Positions 9,811 to 19,094 of a DNA stretch of 64,000 nt are shown piece after piece. The notes beneath the pieces were generated by a model, which saw nothing but the letters and a program-made list of their open reading frames with translations, ran no database searches and was not told the DNA's origin. Source of the DNA: a virus (taxonomy: Duplodnaviria; Caudoviricetes); the IMG/VR virus record IMGVR_UViG_2866360957_000001, positions 1-64,000 of that record; one strand, 5' to 3'. The position numbers were made by a program, and so were the translations under genes. Position 1 is the first letter of the stretch; every line of letters begins with the position of its first letter.

Positions 9811-10113
9811 ATGAGACTGCGTGACCGGTACGGCGCGTACGGCACGAGCACGGAGACGACGACTTCGTGGCAGCAGCGAGGGATCTGCTGGGGCCACGAG
9901 GACCCGGATTTGTGGTTCCCGTCTGTCGCCGACTTCAAGGGTTACCGGGACGCAGGGCATGCCGCCTATTCCGACGCCCGCGTGATCTGTGCTCGCTGCC
10001 CGGTGTGGCGGCAGTGCCGGGAGTACGCCCTGGAGGCGGGCGAGGAAGACGGCATGTGGGGCGGCCTGACACCTCGGGAGCGCCGTGCCATCAGGCAGAG
10101 CCGAGCGGCCTGA
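9811..10113 (+). CDS. whiB: WhiB-family Fe-S transcription regulator
   Basis: C...DPDLWFP...ICARCPVWRQCREYAL...GMWGGLTPRERR. Confidence 0.93.
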   Translation: MRLRDRYGAYGTSTETTTSWQQRGICWGHEDPDLWFPSVADFKGYRDAGHAAYSDARVICARCPVWRQCREYALEAGEEDGMWGGLTPRERRAIRQSRAA

Positions 10114-10142
10114 AGTGCAGGTCAAGGCGACCGTAAGGGGGA

Positions 10143-11486
10143 GTGCGTGTGGGGCTGATTGCGGTAGATCCGTTCACCTGGCGGCGGCTGATCCGGCGGG
10201 TCCGCCTCGGCTCGCCCGCGACGAAGCTGGTCGCCTCGATCCTGGCCGACTACGCCAGCCCGGACGGAAGGGACGTGCGGCCGGGCATCGAGCGGCTGGC
10301 GCTGGTGACGGAGCTGAGCGAGCGGTCCGTACGGCGAGCGCTCGACACCCTGCGGGCGCTGGGGCTGATCGAGCGGGTGCGCGAAGGCAGCCGCCAGGGG
10401 CGGCGAGCGCTGGCGGACGAGTACCGGCTGACGTTCCCTGACGACCTGGAGCGACGGGTGCTGATGCTCGGCCCCGACGAAAAGCCTCTGGTTCCTGTGG
10501 ATAACCACCGATCTCCGGTCACCATGTCCGCCGATCAGGCCCCATCCAGAGATTCACCGCCCGATGAACACCGGACATCTGATACCCGATCACCGGACAT
10601 GAGCGACCGGATCACCGGACACCATGTCCGCCCACCTAATCAGGACCTAACCACCCACCAACCAGAACTCATCTCTTCGCCGTACAGGGCTGAGGTGGAA
10701 GGGGTCCGGCCACGCGCCGCGCCTGTGGAAAACCCGAATTCGATCACGAGAGGAGGACGCCGTGCAGCCCGCAACCGACCCGATCGCCGAACAAGCCCGG
10801 CGCCTCACTGCGGCCTTCGTGCGCCGACTGACCGAGGAGGGCCACCGCGACCCCGGCCAGCTCGCCGCCGAACTCGTGGTGATGGCCCGGGGCCACGGCT
10901 GGCGTCCCGTCGCGGCGCTCCAGAAGCCTGCCGCGAACGGAGGTGGCAGCGAGCCGGACGAGGACTTCCGCGCCCAGCGTGCTGCGCTCGACCGTCGGCG
11001 GCCCTGCACCTGCGGCGATGGCGTACTGGACCACCGCCTCGACGGCCCGCGCCGTACCGACTGCTCGAAGTGCCCGTGCGTCCAGTACGCCCCGGTCCCG
11101 GAGAGGAGCGCATGATGCCGATCCGGCCCCAGGAGCGCCACCGGTACCCGGCCGACTGGCGGGCGATCAGCGACCGCATCCGGTTCGTCCGGGCGGGCGG
11201 CCGGTGCGAGTGCATGGGGGAGTGCGGCCACGACCACGGCGCCCGATGCACGGCGGTGCACGGCGAGCCGCACCCGGTCACCGGCTCGCGCGTGGTGCTC
11301 ACCACGGCGCACCGCAACCACCGGCCCGAGGACTGCGCCGATGACAACCTCGCGGCCTGGTGCCAGCGGTGCCACCTCGCCTACGACGCCGAGCACCACG
11401 CGGCCACCGCCGCCCGCACGCGCGAGGCCCGCCGTACGGCAGGCATGAGCGCGCTATTCACGATCCCCGAGAGGAGTACACGATGA
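10143..11486 (+). CDS. Winged-HTH replication initiator; frame has no stop and runs into the HNH gene
   Basis: KLVASILADYASPDG..VRPGIERLALVTELSERSVRRALDTLRALGLIER; internal iterons. Confidence 0.7.
   Translation: MRVGLIAVDPFTWRRLIRRVRLGSPATKLVASILADYASPDGRDVRPGIERLALVTELSERSVRRALDTLRALGLIERVREGSRQGRRALADEYRLTFPDDLERRVLMLGPDEKPLVPVDNHRSPVTMSADQAPSRDSPPDEHRTSDTRSPDMSDRITGHHVRPPNQDLTTHQPELISSPYRAEVEGVRPRAAPVENPNSITRGGRRAARNRPDRRTSPAPHCGLRAPTDRGGPPRPRPARRRTRGDGPGPRLASRRGAPEACRERRWQRAGRGLPRPACCARPSAALHLRRWRTGPPPRRPAPYRLLEVPVRPVRPGPGEERMMPIRPQERHRYPADWRAISDRIRFVRAGGRCECMGECGHDHGARCTAVHGEPHPVTGSRVVLTTAHRNHRPEDCADDNLAAWCQRCHLAYDAEHHAATAARTREARRTAGMSALFTIPERSTR
10496..10732. promoter_or_regulatory. 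Putative phage replication origin (iterons plus DnaA boxes)
   Basis: CACCGGACA at 10569, 10591, 10613 (22-nt period); perfect DnaA box TGTGGATAA at 10496-10504 and a 1-mismatch box at 10724-10732. Confidence 0.75.
10762..11115 (+). CDS. Hypothetical protein with C-terminal Cys/His motif
   Basis: GAGGAGG RBS; CTCGD..LDH...CSKCPC. Confidence 0.7.
   Translation: MQPATDPIAEQARRLTAAFVRRLTEEGHRDPGQLAAELVVMARGHGWRPVAALQKPAANGGGSEPDEDFRAQRAALDRRRPCTCGDGVLDHRLDGPRRTDCSKCPCVQYAPVPERSA
11112..11486 (+). CDS. HNH-like endonuclease
   Basis: Own RBS; RAGGRCEC...VVLTTAHRNH.PEDC.DDNL.AWCQRCHLAYD. Confidence 0.85.
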   Translation: MMPIRPQERHRYPADWRAISDRIRFVRAGGRCECMGECGHDHGARCTAVHGEPHPVTGSRVVLTTAHRNHRPEDCADDNLAAWCQRCHLAYDAEHHAATAARTREARRTAGMSALFTIPERSTR

Positions 11487-12088
11487 CCCCGCCGACTCCA
11501 CTGCGGCTCGCGGGCAGGCCCACACAGGGCGGCCTGGTGGTGCCATGGATCTCCGTCCACCACGCCGACGGACGCGCCACGCTCGGCGCGGTCCACGGCT
11601 CTCGGGTGGACACCTGCCTGCGCGGCCGACGCTGCCAGACGTGCGGCGAACACCTCGGCGATCGCCTGGTGGTGCTGGTCCGGCCGCAGGACATGACCGA
11701 CAGGTACACGGCCGAGCCCGCGATGCACCCGGAGTGCGCGGCGTACTCGATCGCCGCCTGCCCGATGACCAACGGCCAGATGGACCATTACCGCCCGACG
11801 CCGCGTCACCTGGCCGGGCGGTCCTGCGACATCCCGGGCTGTGACTGCGCCGGGTGGGTGGCCGCTGAAGATGCGACGGCGCGCCGGAACGCTCCAGCCG
11901 AGCCCTATTACGCCGTGTGGCTGCGGCTGACGGACTACAGGCTCGCGACCGATCGCACGGGGAAGCTGCTCGGCATCGCGCTGGCAATCAGGCCGCTGAA
12001 GATGCGACGAGTCGGTTCCGGCGAGCCAACCCCCGAGCAGGCGGCGCTCGCCCTGCTGCTGGACATGCCCGGGGACGGTGCATCGTGA
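11483..12088 (+). CDS. Hypothetical Zn-binding phage protein
   Basis: CQTCG, EPAMHPECAAYS..ACP. Confidence 0.75.
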   Translation: MTPPTPLRLAGRPTQGGLVVPWISVHHADGRATLGAVHGSRVDTCLRGRRCQTCGEHLGDRLVVLVRPQDMTDRYTAEPAMHPECAAYSIAACPMTNGQMDHYRPTPRHLAGRSCDIPGCDCAGWVAAEDATARRNAPAEPYYAVWLRLTDYRLATDRTGKLLGIALAIRPLKMRRVGSGEPTPEQAALALLLDMPGDGAS

Positions 12089-13173
12089 GCAACCCGGTTG
12101 ACGATGTCGCCTACACCCGGCCGATGATCAAGGCGTTGCGCGGGCACGTGGATGCCTTCGCCGAGTCCATGGCGGGCGCGCGGTCCGCTCATGGCGCGCT
12201 GGAGCGGGTACGGCCGTGTGCAGTCGCCTGGGTGTACTTCTCCACGCTGGTGGCCTGGGCAGAGGATCACGGCCTTGTCGATCCCTGGCTTCGAGCGGAG
12301 GCGAAGGGGCGGCGCGAGCTGTACGCGCCGCCACAGGCCGGCGGCATGCTCGGGTGGCTCGCCCGCGCGTACGCCTCGTTGTGCGTGCATCCGGCGACGT
12401 GGTGCCTGCTCGACCCCCGGTACTCCCAGCTTCGCGAGCACGACCCGAGCGAGCAGGTCTGCCGCGATCTCGTGGACTGGTGGACGGGCGACGCGCCGTC
12501 GCTGGCCTACGAGACCACGACCGGCCCGGCGTCGATTTCCGGGTGGATCGTCGGCGACCTTCTCCAGGCGCTGTCTACCGAGCGAGTCAAGGCGTTCGCG
12601 TTCGCGCAGACGCCGTGGTGGGTCGCCGACGGGATCACCGACTTGACCTTGATCCCGGCCTGTGACGAGTTTCGCGACGAGCCGGTGGTCCGCACGATCG
12701 ACGCGACGTGCGGGACCGGGCACTTCCTGGTACGGAAGATCGACTACCTGTGGGAGTGGTACACCACCGGCGAAGTCCACCCTCGGCAGATGCAGCCTGG
12801 AGGGGAGCCGGACAGCCGGGTTCGCCCGGCGACCGGTGGACCGCGCCTTGAGCCGGCTGAGGCGATCCGGCGCATCATCGCCGGGGTGGACGGCTGCGAG
12901 ATCGATCCGCTCACCGCGGCCGTCGCCCGCCTGCGGGTCGTCGTGGCCATCGGCGAGCTGATGCATCGTTCCGCCTTGATCCCGGCCCTGCGGCTCGACG
13001 GGATCCCGCCGTTCCAGCCGCGCATCGTCGTCGGCGACTCGCTGCTCGCGGGCAGGATTTCGGCGGCGGAGTACGCCAAGGTGCATCCCGAGCTCGCCGA
13101 GATCACCAACCTCGGCATTCCTGATGAGCGCTCCGCTCGGTCGGTTCAGCTCGCCATCGGCGGTGGAACGTGA
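12085..13173 (+). CDS. PglX (BREX-2)-like adenine methyltransferase N-terminal half; SAM motif present, catalytic NPPY motif absent
   Basis: AVAWV...EDHGLV; GDLLQALS..RVK.FA.AQTP; IDATCGTGHFL; GCEIDPLTAAVARLR; VGDSLL, then stop about 40 aa later. Confidence 0.75.
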   Translation: MSNPVDDVAYTRPMIKALRGHVDAFAESMAGARSAHGALERVRPCAVAWVYFSTLVAWAEDHGLVDPWLRAEAKGRRELYAPPQAGGMLGWLARAYASLCVHPATWCLLDPRYSQLREHDPSEQVCRDLVDWWTGDAPSLAYETTTGPASISGWIVGDLLQALSTERVKAFAFAQTPWWVADGITDLTLIPACDEFRDEPVVRTIDATCGTGHFLVRKIDYLWEWYTTGEVHPRQMQPGGEPDSRVRPATGGPRLEPAEAIRRIIAGVDGCEIDPLTAAVARLRVVVAIGELMHRSALIPALRLDGIPPFQPRIVVGDSLLAGRISAAEYAKVHPELAEITNLGIPDERSARSVQLAIGGGT

Positions 13174-13445
13174 TCGACGTCACCGCCCTGCGCGTACACC
13201 TGGACGCGCTGTTGCCGCTCGCCGTCGCCGACCTGCGTCGCCACGGCCACACACGCGATGAGCTCACGGCGATGGCGGCCCGCTGCGGCAAGGAGTTCAG
13301 CCACCTGGGCGATGCCGCGCAGTGGCCTGCCCGAAGCAGCGGGGAAGCGCTAGGCGCACTGCTCACGGGCCTGGCCGCCGCCGAACTCGTCAACCCGGGG
13401 ACCGGCCACCAGATGATCGCACTACTCGACAGGAGAGGGGCATGA
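13170..13445 (+). CDS. Hypothetical protein
   Basis: GTGA coupling. Confidence 0.6.
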   Translation: MIDVTALRVHLDALLPLAVADLRRHGHTRDELTAMAARCGKEFSHLGDAAQWPARSSGEALGALLTGLAAAELVNPGTGHQMIALLDRRGA

Positions 13446-13927
13446 CGGCCCCGCTGATCACTCTCACCGTCCGGGGCGAGCCCGCGGGCCAGGGCAACCT
13501 CAAAGGCACCGCTGGCGGCAAGCTCCGTCACGCCAACGGCCGCGACCTGCACGACTGGCGGGGCCGGGTGCGGGGGGCCGCGCTGGACCTGCTCGGCGCG
13601 CACGAGTACGCGGCGCTCGGCAAGAGCGGCGTGTGCGCGCTGTGCAGCGTCCCTAAGACCCAGCACGCCGAGCTGCTCGGCGCGGTCCGCCTGGAGGCCG
13701 TGGTCACCGTGGCCCGGCCGAAGACGGCGCGCTCCAACTGGCCGATCACCCGTTCATCGAGCGACTGGGATCACTACGGCCGTGCGATCGGCGACGCTCT
13801 GACCGGCGTGACGTACCTCGACGACTCACAGGTGGTCGATGGGCGTTGCATCACCACCTATCCGTACGTCCACGAACTCGCGCTCGGTGAGCCCGGCGCG
13901 GTGATACGGCTCTGGGCAGTGACGTAA
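13442..13927 (+). CDS. rusA: RusA-like Holliday junction resolvase
   Basis: VRGEPAGQG...DWDHYGRAIGDALTGVTYLDDSQVV. Confidence 0.88.
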   Translation: MTAPLITLTVRGEPAGQGNLKGTAGGKLRHANGRDLHDWRGRVRGAALDLLGAHEYAALGKSGVCALCSVPKTQHAELLGAVRLEAVVTVARPKTARSNWPITRSSSDWDHYGRAIGDALTGVTYLDDSQVVDGRCITTYPYVHELALGEPGAVIRLWAVT

Positions 13928-14430
13928 TGGTCGCCATCGAGCGCGCCACCGCCGTGCCGTACCCGAAAGGCGGGCCGCCGGCATGCCGTGAGCACGATCC
14001 CGAGCTGTGGTTCCCGCCGCACGATGACCGCTTCGCGCGGCAAATCTGCGCCGGATGCCCGCTGGCCAGATCCTGCCGAGAGCACGCCCTCGCCTACGAC
14101 TTGTACGGCATCTGGGGCGGCACGTCCCGCCGCGAGCGTGAGACCCACTGGCGGGAGCGCGGAATCCGGCCGCTGCCTGCCTACGTGCACAAGGACGTTG
14201 CTGAGCCGTCGCCTCAGCCCCGGCCCCGGAAGCGGCCCGCGCGCCCCGCGGCCGACGTTGTCCCCGACCCTCCACCCGTCGAGCAGGGGCCCAGCAAACG
14301 TTGCCCGCGCTGCCGGATGGTCCGGGCGCTCACCGACTACTACCCCAACGCGGCCAACCCGGACGGCCTGGCCGCCTGGTGCAAGCCATGTTTCCGAGAA
14401 ATCGCAGGAAGGGACGCCACTCGCCCATGA
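13927..14430 (+). CDS. whiB: Second WhiB-family protein with C-terminal Zn-finger
   Basis: ACREHDPELWFP...ICAGCPLARSCREHAL..GIWGG; CPRC...DGLAAWCKPC. Confidence 0.88.
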   Translation: MVAIERATAVPYPKGGPPACREHDPELWFPPHDDRFARQICAGCPLARSCREHALAYDLYGIWGGTSRRERETHWRERGIRPLPAYVHKDVAEPSPQPRPRKRPARPAADVVPDPPPVEQGPSKRCPRCRMVRALTDYYPNAANPDGLAAWCKPCFREIAGRDATRP

Positions 14431-14933
14431 CCACAGTTCTGAAATTCGAGAGCAAGCTCGCCGTGGCCGCCGCCAACGCGCTGGAGCCGCACATCCGCCC
14501 TCTGTACGACCAGCCCGGAGCTACCCGGCTGGCGGTCATGGAGATTCGGCACATTGAGCGGACGCAGCCCGCCGACGGCTCCGACAAGGACCCGTCGGTG
14601 CGCGTGAGGATCATCGGCTGCGAGGTGCCGAACCGCGAGCAGGAGCCGCACGTCCGCGAGATGATGCGCGCTCTGTACGTGCAGCGCACCGCACAGGGCA
14701 CGCTCGACGACGCGGGCGAACTCCAGCTCTCCGACCGCACCCTGAAGAACGCGGGGCCGGTACTCCACGCCATTGAGGTGTCCCGGCTCCGTGCGGGCCT
14801 CGCACACTGGGTGGACTACGCCGCCCGGGTCAACGCCAACGGCAAACTCACGGTCAGCGAGATGCATCACGAGCTCGACATCGTGGCCCGCGGCTTGAAG
14901 GCGCTGCTCGACGGCACTCCCGAGGAGGCGTGA
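14427..14933 (+). CDS. Hypothetical protein
   Basis: ATGA coupling. Confidence 0.7.
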   Translation: MTTVLKFESKLAVAAANALEPHIRPLYDQPGATRLAVMEIRHIERTQPADGSDKDPSVRVRIIGCEVPNREQEPHVREMMRALYVQRTAQGTLDDAGELQLSDRTLKNAGPVLHAIEVSRLRAGLAHWVDYAARVNANGKLTVSEMHHELDIVARGLKALLDGTPEEA

Positions 14934-15370
14934 TGCTGCGCTACCTCTTCGCCGCTGTCGGTGTCTTCCTGGCCGTATACGTCGGCCTGCTGCTGCTCGG
15001 CGTCGCGACGCTGCCGTTCCGCACCGCGGCCGGGGTCGCCGAGCGCGTGGGCGACCCCGACGCAGTCCTCTACAACTACGAGCACTTCTTCGACCTCTGC
15101 GCGGACGTCCGCACGGCTGACCGGCAGATCGCCGATAAGGAAGTGGAGATTGCGGCGTACGAGCGGCGGAAGCCAGACGGTGAGCCGGGCGACCGCTTCC
15201 AGGCCGCCCCAAAGGGTGAGCGGCTCGCGACCGAGCTGGCCGGACTGCGCGAGCACCGCGCCGACTTGGCGGAGACCTATAACGCCGACAGCGCGAAGGC
15301 CAGCCGCAACGTGTTCAAGCCCGGGACGCTGCCGAAGCGCATCGGCGACACCACCCCCACCTGCAACTAA
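14930..15370 (+). CDS. Membrane-anchored protein
   Basis: N-terminal hydrophobic helix, coiled segment. Confidence 0.7.
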   Translation: MMLRYLFAAVGVFLAVYVGLLLLGVATLPFRTAAGVAERVGDPDAVLYNYEHFFDLCADVRTADRQIADKEVEIAAYERRKPDGEPGDRFQAAPKGERLATELAGLREHRADLAETYNADSAKASRNVFKPGTLPKRIGDTTPTCN

Positions 15371-15385
15371 CCCGAGGAGACCCCG

Positions 15386-15916
15386 ATGAGAACCAGATAC
15401 GTCGCTGCGGCGATGGCAGCGGTCGTTCTCCTGACGGCCGCCGGAGGCTGCGACAGCGCCGAGGACCGGAAGGCGGCGCAGGCCGTCTCCGGCGATCAGC
15501 AGAAGAAGTACGAGGCCGCCGACCCGTTCCCCGCCGCCGCGCTGAACGGCCAGTCGCTGGAGCGTAAGAACATCTCCGAGCGGCTGGTCCGCTACAACAA
15601 CCCGAACAAGATCAGCTATATCTACCTGTTGGCGGAGAACGGCCAGGTCATCAGCTACTTCACCATCAAGGGCAAGGTGTCCAACGCGGGAAGTCAGCTC
15701 CTCCCGGAGGATGACATCCTTGACCCGTGTAGCGCGGACTACTGCCCGATGGCGGTCGATTCGGCCGGCGATGACGGGTCGTACGGCCCCGACGAGAACT
15801 CGATCTTCTTCTTCACGACGGACGGCACTCTCGTGGAGTGGGACGGCCTCTACCTGCTGTCGGATCGCCCGCTGGAGATCAAGACGCCCGTCTCGCTCGT
15901 CGCTGAGGTGAAGTGA
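15386..15916 (+). CDS. Putative lipoprotein
   Basis: GAGGAG RBS; signal peptide ending LLTAAGGC. Confidence 0.75.
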   Translation: MRTRYVAAAMAAVVLLTAAGGCDSAEDRKAAQAVSGDQQKKYEAADPFPAAALNGQSLERKNISERLVRYNNPNKISYIYLLAENGQVISYFTIKGKVSNAGSQLLPEDDILDPCSADYCPMAVDSAGDDGSYGPDENSIFFFTTDGTLVEWDGLYLLSDRPLEIKTPVSLVAEVK

Positions 15917-15998
15917 TGGGCAAGCTCGAAGCAGAAATCGGCTGGGACGCCGTACCCGCGTCGCCGGTTGCCGAGTCGGACCGGATGGAGCACGGGTC

Positions 15999-16307
15999 GT
16001 GAGCCCCGACCCGAAGCCGCCGCTGCCCACAGCGCTCGGCGAGCCGATTCCTCGGATCCCGGTGGACGAGCGCGAGGGCGGCCCGTTCGACCAGATCCGG
16101 CACATCGCCACCATCGCCGTAGATCTCTGGTCGGTGGGGCCGGACGGGCCCTACTACAACCCGGCCCAGACCCGATCTGAGACGACCCGCCTCCAGATGA
16201 GGGAGGCGCTGTTGCACCTGCTGGAGCTCGGATTGCTCGATATCGACACCGAGAGGCTGGCCGCCTCCCGGAGCTGGCCATCGACCCGCGAAGTTCAGGA
16301 GGGGTAA
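15999..16307 (+). CDS. Hypothetical protein
   Basis: Coupled to the downstream gene (TAATG). Confidence 0.6.
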   Translation: MSPDPKPPLPTALGEPIPRIPVDEREGGPFDQIRHIATIAVDLWSVGPDGPYYNPAQTRSETTRLQMREALLHLLELGLLDIDTERLAASRSWPSTREVQEG

Positions 16308-16717
16308 TGGGCTACATCAGCTACCTGTCGGGCGAGATCACGATCGATCCGCCGATTCGCTGGGGTGAGCTTCGCGGTAGTGACTTCGTCCGCACCAAGG
16401 AGCGTGCGGAGCACGAGCGGCTCGTCTGGCTCCGCACTGTCGAGAAGACGGTGGACACCGAAGAAGGTGTGCTGACCACCGTGATGGCGGTCGCCATCAG
16501 GCCGAGCGAGGAAGACGAGCTTCGCGCTGACGCGCTGGCCCGCGAGGTGCAGGAGATCGTCGCAGCGCACGGCGACGGCCGGACCTTCGAGGGGCTGATC
16601 CTCGTTCGTGGGGAGGAGTCGCCGGACATCTGGCGCGTCCGTGTCGTGGACGGTCACGCGGTGGAGGAGCGGCCCATGCTCCGCTGGCCAGATGGCACCG
16701 AGGAGGTGGCCCAGTGA
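16307..16717 (+). CDS. Hypothetical protein (DUF6205-like)
   Basis: MGY...SGEITIDPPI.W...GEESPDIWR. Confidence 0.65.
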   Translation: MGYISYLSGEITIDPPIRWGELRGSDFVRTKERAEHERLVWLRTVEKTVDTEEGVLTTVMAVAIRPSEEDELRADALAREVQEIVAAHGDGRTFEGLILVRGEESPDIWRVRVVDGHAVEERPMLRWPDGTEEVAQ

Positions 16718-16941
16718 TGATTCATGACCACACGACGGGGTTCGCCTCCATCCTGATCGTCAGGCGACAGCCGGACGGGACCACACTTGCCCGCCGCTGG
16801 CACACCCGCGCCTGCTGCGCCGAGACTCTGGCGGCGCAGCTCGGGAAGCCACATGAGGAGATGTTGGCCACCGCTCCGGCGGCCGACGCCGTACGGGATG
16901 TCATGCGTGACACCCCCGGCATCATCTGGGACGCGTCGTGA
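16714..16941 (+). CDS. Hypothetical protein (paralogue of 31648-31878)
   Basis: MIH...PDG...W...LG.P..E..ATA. Confidence 0.65.
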   Translation: MMIHDHTTGFASILIVRRQPDGTTLARRWHTRACCAETLAAQLGKPHEEMLATAPAADAVRDVMRDTPGIIWDAS

Positions 16942-17153
16942 ACGTGTCTGAGGCGCGCGACGTGCAGAGGGTGCTCGCCTGGATCCTCGGCGGTGAGGTG
17001 ACCGACGAGGTCGCGATGTGTGCCGCCGGCCGCCTGGCCGCGCGGGCGCACGACCGGCTCGGCGCGGGCCCAGCCGAGGCCGCCCTTCGAGCCGAGTGGA
17101 CGCGACGGCGCCCGATGGTCGTCCGCGACTGGCCAGGGAGCGACGATGCGTAG
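16938..17153 (+). CDS. Hypothetical protein
   Basis: GTGA coupling. Confidence 0.6.
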   Translation: MNVSEARDVQRVLAWILGGEVTDEVAMCAAGRLAARAHDRLGAGPAEAALRAEWTRRRPMVVRDWPGSDDA

Positions 17154-17358
17154 ACCGCACCCTGTGGTCCAGATCCTCATGGTGCGGCGTCACAAGCTCG
17201 GGCTGCGGCAGCGTGACGTGGCTGACCGCATGGGCGTGAACCGGGTGATCATCGCCGAGTGGGAGATCGGCAAGCGCGACCCCCGCCTCAGCAACTTGGA
17301 GGCGTACGCGCATGCGCTGAACCTGCGGATCTCCTTTGAGGAGGTCGGCGATGCCTGA
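17146..17358 (+). CDS. XRE HTH protein
   Basis: RRHKLGLRQRDVADRMGVNRVIIAEWEIGKRDPRLSNL. Confidence 0.88.
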   Translation: MRRPHPVVQILMVRRHKLGLRQRDVADRMGVNRVIIAEWEIGKRDPRLSNLEAYAHALNLRISFEEVGDA

Positions 17359-17578
17359 TCACGCGATCGCCGCCGTCTACCGCTACGCCGACCGGGACGG
17401 CGACGAGCTGACGGTCGCCAGCGTGGCTTACGACGGTGTGCCACACGCGGCCATAGGAGTACAGACGAGCCGCGGCCCGGCCGCCGTACATGTCCACCCC
17501 GAGGAAGCGTGGGAGTTGTGTGAGGCGATCCTGACAGCCGCGGGCGTGGACGGCGTAGGGGGCGGTAGGGATGGCTAG
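17351..17578 (+). CDS. Hypothetical protein
   Basis: GGAGG RBS. Confidence 0.6.
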   Translation: MPDHAIAAVYRYADRDGDELTVASVAYDGVPHAAIGVQTSRGPAAVHVHPEEAWELCEAILTAAGVDGVGGGRDG

Positions 17579-17771
17579 CTGGACACGCCGCGAGCGCACC
17601 GTCACCTATGTCGAATACGCGCTGGATCTGCCGGCTAATTGGGCCGAGGTCAGCAAGATCTTCGCGGAACTCAACCAGGAGCTCGGGGAGCGCGCCGAGT
17701 GGGACGACGCCGTCGAGGTGACCTCCGACAGCGCGGAGCTGGTGTTCCGCTACGTCAAGGAGGGCCCGTGA
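17571..17771 (+). CDS. Hypothetical protein
   Basis: Overlap coupling. Confidence 0.6.
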   Translation: MASWTRRERTVTYVEYALDLPANWAEVSKIFAELNQELGERAEWDDAVEVTSDSAELVFRYVKEGP

Positions 17772-18370
17772 TCGAGATCGCCATGCCGACTGATGGGCGC
17801 CCAGTCGCTGCCGGTGTCGCGCTGGACCGCGCCCGCAGCGATGGTGGCCTGCGCCTGCGGATCGCCTGCGCGCTGTGGCAACGGGACCCGCAGGACGACC
17901 GAACGCCGTCGGCCGCCGGGCACCTCGGCGGCTACGTCTACGAGATGGCCGACCGGGTGGCCGCCGTGGTCGAGGAGATCCGGCGCGAGGACGCCGAGCG
18001 GATCGCCGCGGCGATCGAGGCACGCCGCTGCCCGTCCCCGGAGCTCTGCAAGAACTGCGTATGTCGCCGAGAGGACGCCGCTCTCGTCCGCACCACGACG
18101 GGGGAGGCGGTCGCCGAACCGGCTGAACCGGAGCTGTCCGCGCGCTTCCTCTGGCACTGGAGACCGATGTCGCCGCAGGAGGTATGCGACATGACCGGCA
18201 TCCCCGAGGACGAAATCCGGCGCCTGTACGGCGACACCGTGCTCGTGAAATGGGACCTGCGCGGCCCGCAGGAGTTCCGCTGGGGCGGCCCCGGCCCGTC
18301 GCCCGAGATCGAGGAGACGCGAGCGATCGACGACCGCGCCATGGAGGGGAACGACGGTGACCAGCCCTGA
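17768..18370 (+). CDS. Hypothetical protein
   Basis: GGAGG RBS, GTGA coupling. Confidence 0.6.
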   Translation: MIEIAMPTDGRPVAAGVALDRARSDGGLRLRIACALWQRDPQDDRTPSAAGHLGGYVYEMADRVAAVVEEIRREDAERIAAAIEARRCPSPELCKNCVCRREDAALVRTTTGEAVAEPAEPELSARFLWHWRPMSPQEVCDMTGIPEDEIRRLYGDTVLVKWDLRGPQEFRWGGPGPSPEIEETRAIDDRAMEGNDGDQP

Positions 18371-18566
18371 CGACTACCTGCGCACCGCGCTGCCGGTGCT
18401 GCTCACCTACACCCGCCAGGTCCTGCTCGATCTCGACCTGGGCCGCATGCGCGCCGCGGCCGAGGAGGCGAGCGATCAGACCGCCGTCGATTTCCTCAGC
18501 GCGGCGATCGTGTTCGCCCAAGCGGCGAGCCTCGCCCGCGACCGCGTCTACCCGGAGGGAGCGTGA
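18357..18566 (+). CDS. Hypothetical protein
   Basis: RBS, coupling. Confidence 0.55.
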   Translation: MTSPDDYLRTALPVLLTYTRQVLLDLDLGRMRAAAEEASDQTAVDFLSAAIVFAQAASLARDRVYPEGA

Positions 18567-18766
18567 TGTTCCGCCACCGCCACCGCTACACGCCGATCGG
18601 CGTGCTCCATGAGCGCGCGCCGTTCGCCAACGCGACCACCCTCGTCCTGCGCCGCTGCTCCCGGTGTGGTGCGCACGACGTCGAGACGCTGCCCGGTCGC
18701 TGGGACGAGGCGCTGTTCGTGCACGGCACGGCCGCGCCCGATCCACAGGGGGCCGATCATGTCTGA
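18563..18766 (+). CDS. Hypothetical Zn-ribbon protein
   Basis: HRH...CSRCG. Confidence 0.55.
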   Translation: MMFRHRHRYTPIGVLHERAPFANATTLVLRRCSRCGAHDVETLPGRWDEALFVHGTAAPDPQGADHV

Positions 18767-19094
18767 GGTCGCAGGCTTCTGCCCGATGGGCTGCGGCCGG
18801 ACCCTGTTCCTTGCCGAGGGCGGGCACGTCACCTGCTCGTCACTCCGATGCCCGAGGCCGACGGTGGTCGATGAGCTGCTCGACGACCGGGAGTCCGAGC
18901 ACCTCGTGCTGTTCGACGCCGCCGGATTCACCATTCGCCACCCCTTGCACGAACGCCTTGGCGACGCCCTGATGATCTGCCCGCTGCACTCCGACATCCA
19001 GGGCAGCAGCGGGCCGCCGGTCGCCCCAGGCCGCTATCGCGCCGTCCGGGTCGCGGACGGCTGGGTTTGGCAGATCAGCCGAGGTGTGTCGTGA
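18759..19094 (+). CDS. Hypothetical Cys/His-rich protein
   Basis: CPMGCG...C...CPRP...HPL.ER...CPLH. Confidence 0.7.
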   Translation: MSEVAGFCPMGCGRTLFLAEGGHVTCSSLRCPRPTVVDELLDDRESEHLVLFDAAGFTIRHPLHERLGDALMICPLHSDIQGSSGPPVAPGRYRAVRVADGWVWQISRGVS

